The translations under genes were made by a program, and so were the position numbers. A stretch of DNA of 63,855 nucleotides, the filler included, from Conidiobolus incongruus B7586 (taxonomy: Eukaryota): NCBI GenBank assembly GCA_000697335.1. It is 18 parts of 18 records of this genome, joined end to end, with 100 filler letters (N's around TTAATTAATTAA, not from the genome) between each part and the next. Parts side by side here need not be neighbours in the genome. Positions count along the whole stretch, not along the records: positions 41,721 to 54,620 come from JNEM01005875.1; positions 54,721 to 61,611 come from JNEM01005881.1; positions 61,712 to 62,727 come from JNEM01005884.1; positions 62,828 to 63,855 come from JNEM01005899.1; 14 more parts are not named here. One strand, written 5' to 3'. Under the pieces are notes generated by a model, which did not search any database, was not told the origin of the DNA, and saw only the letters and a list, made by a program, of their open reading frames with translations. Below are positions 52,578-63,855 of the stretch, one piece after another (the stretch's first letter is position 1; each line of letters opens with the position of its first letter).

Positions 52578-53255
52578 TTAATGATAATTACCAAGTATTT
52601 ATTAATTATTTGTAATAAAATAGTTTTAATAGTGGAATTAAAATTTAAGAAATGGATTAAATGATGTCATTATTGCTATATCAATAAATCTCACTTCAAC
52701 CAAACCAAGAAATTATGGGTATTTGATACAAATAAATTCAACATTTTTCATTACCATCAAATATAATATGTCAACAAAAAAAAATTAAAAATTATACCAA
52801 GAAATTGAATTTGTATTAAATTATTAAATATTGAATAATCCTATGAGTTTTATTCTTGGTATATAAAATTTGTTCTATCATCTTCATATAATTTGATGAT
52901 GTTCATTTTAATATTTTAGATATAATAAATTGAAGACTAGAACAAAATAGTAATATATCATATTTTTATGATATGTAAACAATTTTCTATATTATAGATA
53001 TTAAATTCAATAATAAATACTGATAATTAACATTCACATTAATTTAATAATCAAGTCCCATAAAATTATGTCATTTCAAAGACAATATTGAATGTGAATT
53101 AATATGTAGTCCAATTCAAGTTTGCTGAATCATTAACATTCTGTTTGAATAAACCTCAATCTCATTTAAGATATTCATTTATACAACTTGATCTATTGAT
53201 CACATTCAATATAACTTGAAACCAAATAAATATTTAATAATAAAACAATATAACA

Positions 53256-54620
53256 ATGAATAATTATCCAGCAGTAGTTATTGATAACGGTACTGGGTAA
53301 GCATTATTCCTTTTGACTAGTTATTTCGCTTATTGATATATTTCTACATCACACAATCATAGTTTAATTTTAATACTCATCAATTAGTTTTTTATCATAT
53401 TTCCAATTTATACAATTTTATTCATCATGAATTTTATTTTAGTGAAACCAAAATGGGCTTTGCAGGCAACAGTGAGCCTCAACTAGTTATTCCTACCGCC
53501 ATTGCCACCAAAGTAAATAAAGCTTCAGGACCTCCAGTCCCTAGTAAGCCTGGATTTTTAAAGGGTAGCGGAAATGCGAACAATTTAGCCTCTAAGAGAG
53601 GGATTGAAGATTTGGACTTTTTTATTGGACATGAAGCACTTGCTAATTCTAAATCTTATCAGCTTACATACCCCATCAAAGAAGGTCAAATTGAAAACTG
53701 GGATTATATGGAGCGTTATTGGGAGCAATGTATTTTCAAGTATCTCCGCTGCGAACCTGAAGATCATTACTTTTTATTGGTAATCAAATCAATCTCTTCA
53801 TCATCATTAAGGGTTTATTTACTCTCTTATTTGCCCATTTAGACTGAGCCTCCTTTGAATGCACCTGAAAATCGTGAATTAACTGCCGAAATTATGTTTG
53901 AATCTTTTAATATTCCTGGTCTTTATATTGCTGTTCAAGCAGTTTTAGGTTTAGCAGCCAGTTGGACTTCAAGCAAACAAAAAGAAAGAACCTTGACTGG
54001 TACTGTTATTGATAGTGGTGACGGTGTAACCCACGTCATTCCTGTTGCTGATGGTTATGTGATCAGTAGTGCCATTAAGCACATTCCTATTGCTGGTCGT
54101 CACATTACTAACTTTGTTCAACATCTTTTACGTGATCATGGAGAGACTTTGCCTCCTGAAGATTTCTTAGAAGTGTCCAAAAAGATCAAAGAACAGTACT
54201 CCTATGTATGTCCCGATATTGTTAAAGAATTCAAGAAATACGATCAAGAAGGGCACAAATATTTCCAAAAGTATGAACATTTACACTCTGTTACTCAGAA
54301 GACATATTCAGTTGATGTGGGTTACGAAAGATTTTTAGCTCCAGAAATTTTTTTCAACCCTGAATTAGTTAGTAATGACTTTTTAACTCCACTTCCAGAG
54401 GTGGTTGATCAAGTCATCCAGTCCAGTCCTATTGATACTCGTAGAGGTTTATACAAGAATATTGTTTTATCTGGCGGTTCTACTCTTTTTAAGAACTTTG
54501 GTAAGCGCTTGGAAGGCGATATCAAGAAGATCGTCGACAAGCGTATCCAGTTTAGCGAACAGCTCAGCGGAGGCCAAGCCAAAGCCACTCCTATTGATGT
54601 TAATGTGTTAACTCATAAAC
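53256..54620 (+). CDS. ARP3: Actin-related protein 3, 3'-truncated by gap; exons 53256-53296, 53443-53779, 53843-54620
   Basis: [87 protein letters not shown]. Confidence 0.97.
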
Positions 54621-57206
54621 NNNNNNNNNNNNNNNNNNNNNNNNNNNNNNNNNNNNNNNNNNNNTTAATTAATTAANNNNNNNNNNNNNNNNNNNNNNNN
54701 NNNNNNNNNNNNNNNNNNNNATTAGAAAATAAAATTCAAAACTTATCATTCTGAAATATATCTTTAATATTAGTAAATAATATACTTTTTATTAAATTAT
54801 ATTAATTTAATAAAGTTATATATTAAATTATATAATAAACCTATATTTAGTAATAATAAGTAATATTATATTTCATTTATATTTTATGTTTAAATATTAG
54901 TAATTAATGATTAATCTAATTAATATTTGGAAAAATATATTGGATAATAATTAAAGTTAAAAAACTTAAATAAATTATTATATAAAATAAATAAATATTA
55001 TCAGTATGAGAATACCTTAAAAATAATATGAAATAAATACTCTTTGATTTTCACTTATTTATTATATTTAATTAAATTTAATAATTATTATATCAATTAT
55101 ATTTGGAACCTAAATATATACTTAAAAATAAGTATTTTTCAATATTTTCCATAAAATAATTAATAATAAATAAATTCTTTTTATATTAATTAAAAAAAGA
55201 TTTGTTAAAAATAAAAATATTACATAAATAAGTATATTAGCTTTAATAGTTTATTTTAACTAATATTAATTGACAATTAGAATTTATTTTATTTTGAACA
55301 ATATTTTGATACATTATTTTATAATATTTTCATTTCACTAACTATTATCCTTTGTAATATAAATTTATACAACATTATTTAAATTTTTTCATCAAAAATA
55401 TATTTAATCTATTCAATCTACGCTACAAATATATTTTAAATATAAATTCTAGCTATTGAAATAAATGTTGATTTACTCAAATTCAACTAAAAAAATAGTT
55501 TTATTACTAAAATTGAAATTATAAAACTAAATTTTTTTGATTATAATTTAATATTTAGAAAGTAAAATAAATTATAATTAATATATTAATGAGTAAGTTT
55601 AATATATTATATATGTATATATAGAGTTAATCACTTGATTTTATATTAATTTATTTATTATTATTTTTATTCTTAATTATATCTTTTATTTATAAAGATT
55701 TAAAGATTATATACTATTTTGGAAGAATTTATTTAATAAATTATCAATTATATATACTTTGAAAAATAAAAATTTTTTTATAAAACTTTTATATATAACT
55801 TAATTATATTAGTGTCTTTACTATTTGATAAAATAGCATATTAAAATATCAAATAAAAACAATTTTATATGAAAAATATTGACTTTTTATCTTATATTAT
55901 TAATATATATTAACATTCTACTTTTTATTATAAATTTAAATATATAAATATTATATCATATTTTATTTATATATCGGATATTAAAATTAATTATATTAAC
56001 TCTTAGTAAAGCCTTAAAAACTATTAAACTATTTTTATTATTCAAAATATATAATATATTTAATTTGATCAATATATTTAATTTGGAAATTTATTTTCCG
56101 ATATTAATGATATTTTAGAGAGATAATAAAGTTTGAAATTATTAACAAGTATTTTATATTATATATATTAATTTTAAGTATAAATATACATATATTTGAA
56201 TTTTTTATCTTTTAAAATTAATTTAAGCAGAAGATTAATTTGATAAAAACAACTTTAATTTATATATTTTAATTTGAATGCTAAGTCTCTATTTATTCAC
56301 GATTATATTGATCTATAAATAATTTTAATTATGCAAGTTATTAGAAATAAATCTTTTATAAAATTGATTTTGAAAACTAATAATTATCAATATGATAATA
56401 AATATAAATTTAATAATATGTAGATATTTATTATATTAAATATTAAAATTTAAAACTATAATATATTTAAAAAATCACTTTGAATGTTATAATCTAATGT
56501 GTTAAATTATTCAACAAATAAATACTATCAATTATTATTAAAATTTTTTGATATATTTAAAGATCCAAAAGTGCTACCCTTGGCACCATTTCTAACTTCG
56601 GGTTTCTATTCTCTAAGGAGCCTTTACCTTAATTGACTATTACTTGCGACACATGTTGTAATATTGATTAGTCTTAATGACTAAATCCAAGGCCTTTAAA
56701 TGTTCAACCAAGCATTATTCCAAACGCCACTTTAGCCAATAAACCCTCAAATACACTTACCCACTATTAGTTAACAACAATAACCATTGCCTCCCACAGT
56801 GCACCATTCATAATACCCATAGAGAAACTATCATATAAAATAATAAAAATTTAAAATTTTAATAAATTAATTTTAATTTTTAATTGAAAACAAAAACTAA
56901 TTAAATTTGAAAATTAATATGCAATAATAAATTTATTTCATTTAAGTTTTTTTTGTTTCATAAAAATCTTAATAATATATTAAGATTAATGTCATTATTA
57001 GTGAGTGAATAAGTAAAAACTATAATTTATTATTTATCAAAATATATTGAATGAAAAATAATTTTTAAATTAATAAATAATTTGATTATATAATTAATTG
57101 GTATAATCTTAATTATTTTATATTAAAAACATTATAATAAAATTAATTTATTATTCTTATTAAATTATTTGTAAAGAATTTTGTATAACTTAACATAATC
57201 TTTCAT

Positions 57207-58067
57207 TCAGCATTCTGTTATATAATCTTCTCCCCAAAAGTGTTTATGATAGTAGTCAAATTTATCGAAATTCTTTAGAATACATTCAATTGGGTTGATT
57301 AATTTATCAATTGCACAGTTTGTCTTATTTGAAGGTGGAGCGGCGAGTAGAGGATATTCAAAATGTTGATATATAGGATCGGGAGGCAAATTTAGGACTA
57401 TATCTTGAGGATGAAAAACTCTGAGACTAGTTAATTCTTGATCGTTAATATAATTCATTAATCCTACATCTCCCACTCTTGGACATGAATATGATATTAA
57501 TTTCACATCTTTCCAGTCTATTAGATTATCTTGTCGTAACCTCAGTAATGACATCACTGCTATTGCTCCTCCCAAGCTGTGACCAGTAAATAATACAGGA
57601 TAATTTGGTCGATAGTATCTGGCCCACCTCAGTGCGCTTTGGACTTCAGAATAAATACTTAGCATATCAACCCAAAATCCAATATGCACAGACATTAGTC
57701 TACCATCAACTATAATGGGGATAAGCAGTAGACTAAGGTTAGAAATCCAATTTTGAAGATTTTTAGATCCTCGAAAGGATAAAACAATTTGTTGTTGGTT
57801 ATCGTCAATTAATGCAAACCCGCTAACATTAAAGATATTATTGTGAAAAGTCCTAGTCACTATATTTTTTGGATTTCCTTTGCAATATGGTTTACAATCC
57901 CATTCTCTAATAGCTTGATCCTTACAATATGCTGCCATAGGATAATAAATATATCTACGAGCTTCTAATTCTGATCCGTATTTAATTCTTGGCTGTGTTG
58001 CTTGGGATTGCAAGAATGGAATTTGGCATTTTATTATCAACAAGTTAGATAATAAAAAAATTTTCAT
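57207..58067 (-). CDS. Class 3 (Rhizomucor-type) lipase, possibly secreted
   Basis: AAYC..W.C..C, IVLSFRGS, NWISNL lid, VHIGF, FTGHSLGGAIA, PRVGD, DIV..LP, C-terminal His; weakly hydrophobic N-terminus. Confidence 0.92.
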   Translation of the reverse strand: MKIFLLSNLLIIKCQIPFLQSQATQPRIKYGSELEARRYIYYPMAAYCKDQAIREWDCKPYCKGNPKNIVTRTFHNNIFNVSGFALIDDNQQQIVLSFRGSKNLQNWISNLSLLLIPIIVDGRLMSVHIGFWVDMLSIYSEVQSALRWARYYRPNYPVLFTGHSLGGAIAVMSLLRLRQDNLIDWKDVKLISYSCPRVGDVGLMNYINDQELTSLRVFHPQDIVLNLPPDPIYQHFEYPLLAAPPSNKTNCAIDKLINPIECILKNFDKFDYYHKHFWGEDYITEC

Positions 58068-58740
58068 ATTATTTTAATAGAAATAATTGAATATAATATT
58101 CTTGAATTTATAAAATTGCCAATATTTATATGAATATAATATTTGATTTAACACAAAATTTAATCTAAATTTAAATTTTATTAACCAATCAAATCTTAAT
58201 CATATTTGGTTTATGATAATCTTTCTATTTCTGATAAAATGCAATTAAACAGTGTTCAAAACTAGTCTTGAATAAAAAGCTTTGATATTGTTATGATTAT
58301 TTATCAAAAAATTAGGTTAATTAATTTAATAAAGAATTCACTAATATCCAAATTAGGTTAATTCTAAAATGACAATAATTTATAATATTAAAAACCATTA
58401 TAATTTATTATTAAGGAATAAGAACAATTTTAGCCCTATGGCTTATGATATATTACACATAACTAATATATCTTAATGGAATATATCTTTTGAAAAACTA
58501 ATAATAATTTCAAGATAATTCAAGATTATCTTGAATTAACTTTATAATATAAATATTTGAGGATTATTTTAATCATTTTGATTTTAGAAAGGCTATTTTT
58601 TATATTGGTAATGGAAAAAGATATAAATAATTATTCAATATGGCAATATAGAAATTTTTAATTATTAATTAATTTAATTATGATCACAGAATTCATAAAT
58701 GTTTTTCAATTTCTAATATATATGCAACTGTTATACCTCA

Positions 58741-58771
<31 letters not shown>

Positions 58772-60844
58772 ATGTTTTTTAAATATTTCCAACCATACTA
58801 TCAAGAGTCATTAGTAAAGTACACAGTAAAAATAAAAAAGCTTTAATATAGCATCTTAACTCAAATATATCCAATTTGAAGCCTCTTTCATTTTGTTTTT
58901 CATACCAAATTAATTAATTTGCAGATAAATAGATCCACTGATTAATTAATTGAATAATTATTTCTGACATGAGTTTACCCGGAAGCATAGGCATCAGCTC
59001 CAAAATGTCGATTATAAATAACTTAAAACAATATAACTGGGATTATAATTACATTTGATTTTTATTAGTTACATTAGGCTGAGAATATATTATAATTTTA
59101 ACTCAATATTTTGTAAATATTAAGCTAAAAAATTGATATTTGTAACTGAAATCTTATTACAAAAAGTTTGTTGATTTGTTTTGATAACCAATATTTATTT
59201 CAATGCCATATTAAAGCATAGAGATTTCATATTATATCCTTTGACATTTAATTTTAATTATATTGATTTTATTTAGTAAATTAAGTTTAATTAACTACAA
59301 TTATAAAGTTCTTCATTGATACTTTGATAATCAACTTTTAGGTAGATAAAATATCAAATATCTATATTGGTTTAAATAATGATATTTCGAAGATGAAGAA
59401 TGCTAAAGATTAAATAAGATACATATTATATTAAAGCTAATTTCTAATTCTTAGATTATTTTAATTAATTTCTCTTCTACAATCACTAAATATTATACTA
59501 CATATTTTAGTAATTAATACATATATATATATTCAGATTTAAATTTTTAAAAATTTATACTAATTTCAAAAGTTTTGCATTATGATAAAATTCCAGATAA
59601 ATGAATATTATCATGCTAAGTTTCGACATAAATTAAATGTAAAAGATCGGTCCAGAATTTTAATAGGTACAAAGTAAATATATTTACATAATAAAAATGA
59701 TTAATGCAAAATTTGTTAATTGGAGAATGAACATGTATCTGGAACATTAAAATTTTTGACTATATATTTCAAACGAGGTATTTTAGACCTTGTATATATT
59801 GAATTACATAACCTTATTTTATAAAATATAGTAAAATATTACAAATTTTATTTTTAACTATTCTGAATAAAGGATCAGTATTTAATATATCGAGTGTATA
59901 CTGGTGCTTGACACAACTATATAGTGAAACATAGACCAATTTTGCCAAATAGATAGTTAGTACAGGCTTTAGCAGACTTCAAGTAACGCAATTCTTATGC
60001 CAATAAATTGTTTAAATAAAAAATTTTTTATTATTTGTTAAAAATATCAATTTTATTTAAAATAACAAACTTAATAATTAATTAAATTTAAATTATATTA
60101 TTAAAGAAATAAAATTTGAATTGTAATTTTATAAAATTAATATCTTGAAAAAAAAAATTAATATTTAAAAAATCTTTAAAGATTATTTATTATTATATAA
60201 AAGAAATTAATTTGATCAATATATATTATTTCTCAATTCAAATTTAATATAAATAAAAACTTTCTTCAATATTGAATCATTTAATAAGATATAAATTTAT
60301 TCATTATGTATATATAATAATTTATTTATTTTTATAAAAAAACTTTTTCTTGTATTGAAAATTTCATTAAAAATTATAACTATAAAATATATATAATTAT
60401 ATTATTAAATTTGAAGATTTAAATATTAAAAGTAATTAATAAATAATAATATTATTTCAATTAATTTAATTAATAAGTTTTATTAAATATAAAATTACTT
60501 AACATATTATAATAAATTAATAATCAGCATAATTTATTTAGCTCTGGTATAGTTTAGTTTCCAGAAACATATATAATAATTGAATATATGTAAATTCTTA
60601 AATTAAAATTAAACTAGATCAAACAAGTTTGTTTATTCTTTAATTTATAATATTAGAAAGCTCAACTATTAATAAAGGATATTTAAAATAATAATATACA
60701 GGAATCAACAGGCAAATTGATATAATATACTAAGGATTTAATATTTTAAGTTTAAAAAAGCCTTATATTTTAATATATTTTTTTATTGCTTTAATATCAA
60801 CTTTTAAGACCTTATATTTAATTAATTTTAGACTATTTTAATTT

Positions 60845-61611
60845 ATTACCATAGAATTAAAATAATAAGAAATTTTTTAATTTTTGATTTTTCAAATTTA
60901 TAATTAGTTATAAATAAAAAATAATTCTTTAAAATTAGTTATTTAATTAAATTATACTTAAACTAAATAGTAACTATCAAAAGTTTTTTATTTTAATATT
61001 AGTAAAACTAAACTATAGAGTTTTTAAAATTATTTAAAATTTATAAATAGCTTTTAATAATAAATTAATATCTAAATTAATAATTTATTACTAGGTAAAA
61101 TTATTTTAAAATTAAAAGAAAAATTATCCTAAGCTTATAAAAATTTAAAAACTAATTTTAACTATTACTTTTTTAATTATTAATAAAATAAAAATATATA
61201 TTACAAAAGACCTTTTTATTTTAGTTAAATAATATCAAGATATTTTAATATTAGTTATATAAGCATTTTATATATATTAAAGTTTAAATTAAAATTAATG
61301 AATAAAAATATAAAATAAATACCTAATAATTTAACTAAAGTTTAAAAAATTTAAAATAAATATAATTAAATAAAACTTTTTAAGATAAAATTAAAAATCA
61401 AAGCTTTTATAATAGGTTATTATAATTGATAAATATTAGATTTTTTTATATAACCCTTTATTAAAATATAGATTAAAATAATAGATTAAATTAAACTAAC
61501 CTTTTTAATAAATTCCTTTAAATATTATATTAATAAGCAAATATTAATTATTATAATAAATTATAATAATATATACCATATTTATTTAATTTTTGAAAAA
61601 AATTAAATTTA
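60845..61611 (+). mobile_element. Degenerate mariner family A copy, 5' part
   Basis: Begins with TIR-like aaattttttaatttttgatttttcaaa; reverse complement of ~40800-41613. Confidence 0.8.
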
Positions 61612-61711
61612 NNNNNNNNNNNNNNNNNNNNNNNNNNNNNNNNNNNNNNNNNNNNTTAATTAATTAANNNNNNNNNNNNNNNNNNNNNNNNNNNNNNNNN
61701 NNNNNNNNNNN

Positions 61712-62727
61712 CATATAACTTTTAATAATAAACTATTATCTAAATTAATAATTTATTACTAAGTAAATTACTTTAAAACTAAAAAAAACTATTTAAAACC
61801 TATTAAAATCTAAAAAACTAACTTCAGCTATTATTTTTTTAATTATTAATAAAATGAAAAAATATATTAAAAAAACACCTTTTTATTTTAGTAAAAGAAT
61901 TATCTAAGCATTTTAATATTAGTTTTATAGGTATTTTATATATATTAAAGTTTAAACTAAAATTAATAAATAAAAATATAAATTAAGTACCTTATAATTT
62001 AACTAAAGCTTAAAAAAATTAAAGTAGTAATTGTTAAATAAAACTTATTAAAATATTATTAGAAGTTTAAACTTTTATAACAAATAATTATATTTGATAA
62101 ATCTTAGATTTTTATATATAATCTTTTATTAAAACACAAATCAAAATGTTAAATTAAGTTAAATTAACCTCTTCTATAAATTTTTTTAAATAAATATTTT
62201 ATTAATAAATAAATGTTAATTATAATAATAGATTATAAAAGTATATGCTACTTTTATTTAATTCTTAAAGGAAAATTAATTAATAATAAACTTTATATTG
62301 CTTTTTTAAATAAATATATTTTTAATTAGTGTTTTCAATATAATTTGAGAAAACCTATTATTTTACATAATAATTATAAAATATATAAATCTAAAGTTGT
62401 AAAAAACTTTCTAATTAAAAATAACTAAAAAAAACTACTATATTTAATATACTTTTTAGATTATTACCTATATAATTATAATTGCTTTAAGTAATTAAAA
62501 AACTAGCTTACAAGAAAAAAAATTTCTATAGGAAAATTTAATTGGTTTGTAAAATATTAAATTTTAATCTTTAATAAAAAAAATTATTTTTTAGGTATTT
62601 AATTTTTATTAAAAATATAACAAAAAGTTATTTATAATAATTTTTTTGATTAAAAAATTAACTTTTTAAAATTGGTTGTTTAATTTAATTATACTTAAAC
62701 TAAATAATAATCATTAAAAGTTTTTTA
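61712..62727 (+). mobile_element. Degenerate mariner family A copy
   Basis: N*VPYNLTKA*K (WVPH.LT motif), IIIFDKS*I, KPIILHNNYKIYKSKVVKNFL..*KKLLYLIYFLDYYLYNYNCF. Confidence 0.85.
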
Positions 62728-62827
62728 NNNNNNNNNNNNNNNNNNNNNNNNNNNNNNNNNNNNNNNNNNNNTTAATTAATTAANNNNNNNNNNNNNNNNN
62801 NNNNNNNNNNNNNNNNNNNNNNNNNNN

Positions 62828-63855
62828 TAATATTACTTTATATTATAAATTATAGGAATTTTTAATAATAAACAATAAATAAATTTTTTGATATAAAATA
62901 TATAAAATTAAATATATAATATAAATTTAATAATTTTCTTTATGATTCATAACTTTTTGCAATATTTTTAGCAAACTTCTAATATCTAAAAAAAATTCCT
63001 TTTATTAAAGATTAAAATTTTCTGTTTTATAAATTAATTAAATTTTCTTGAAAAAATTTTCTTTTTTAAAAGCTAGTTGTTTAATTATCTAAAGCAATTA
63101 TAATAATATAGGTTATAATCTAAAGAATATAATAAATATGGTAATCTTTTCTATTTATTTTTAATTAGCAAATTTTTATAATTTCCGATTTATATATTTT
63201 ATAATTATTAAGCAAAATAATAGATATTCTTAAATTATATCAAAAATACTTATCAGAAATACTTTTATTGAAAAAAACAATAACAGCTTACTATTAATTG
63301 ATTTTCCTCTAGGAATCAAATAAAAGTAACATATACTATTATAATCTATTTTAATAATTAACATTTGCTTTTAAAAAAATACTTATTTAAAAGAATTTAT
63401 ATAAAGGGTTGATTTGGCTTAATCTAACATTTTGATTTATATTTTGATAAAAGATAATTTATAAAGATCTAAGATTGATTAATTATAACTATTTATTTTA
63501 AAAGCTTAGGTTTCTAGTAATATTTTAGTAAGTTTTTTTTAATAATTGCTATTTTATTTTTTTTTAATTTTAGTTAAATTATAAGTTACCTATTTTATAT
63601 CTTTATTTATTAATTTGAGTTTAAACTTTAAAATATATATATAATACTTATAAAACTAATATTAAAATATTTAGATAATTCTTTACCTAGAATAAAAAAA
63701 TATTTGTTAATATATTTTTATTATTTTATTAATAATTAAAAGAATAATAGTCAAAGTAAAATCTTTTTGATATTGGCAAATATTGGATAATTTTTCTCTT
63801 TATTATAAAATAGCTTATTTAATAATTAATAATTGATTTAAATAATACTTGATTA
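62828..63855 (-). mobile_element. Degenerate mariner family A copy, runs off window end
   Basis: Collinear with the 37442-38594 and 40320-41613 copies. Confidence 0.8.

Noticed and set aside
5690..62827. Recurrent TTAATTAATTAA as a biological repeat or CRISPR-like array
   Set aside because: Always centred in N44..N44; it is an assembly linker.
1..63855. Prokaryotic, organellar or alternative-genetic-code origin for the AT-rich stop-ridden tracts
   Set aside because: Spliceosomal nuclear genes use the standard code, and stops in the relics replace both Trp and Gln by transitions and vary between copies.

Overview
Very AT-rich eukaryotic scaffold; the short GT-AG introns (mostly 50-100 nt) and gene content point to a fungus, and an early-diverging lineage such as Entomophthoromycotina/Conidiobolus is my inference. 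The window is 18 contigs joined by 17 artificial 100-nt linkers (N44-TTAATTAATTAA-N44). Host genes: NOP2, a Seb1/Msn2-like C2H2 factor, an F-box/LRR gene head-to-head with a divergent Skp1 paralogue, two RPS18 copies each with a last-codon intron hosting a box C/D snoRNA, an Nha1-type antiporter first exon, RAD23, a RasGEF, TAP42, ARP3 and a class-3 lipase. The apparently empty AT-rich DNA between genes is mostly transposon relics degraded by dense C>T/G>A transitions: two chromodomain-bearing Ty3/gypsy elements, solo LTRs, many DD34D mariner copies and Tc1-like elements. Best leads: (1) RIP-like hypermutation that hits transposons but spares the RPS18 duplicate; (2) the F-box/atypical Skp1 pair with altered cullin-contact motifs; (3) a snoRNA intron whose donor site doubles as the stop codon; (4) DD34D mariners in a fungus.
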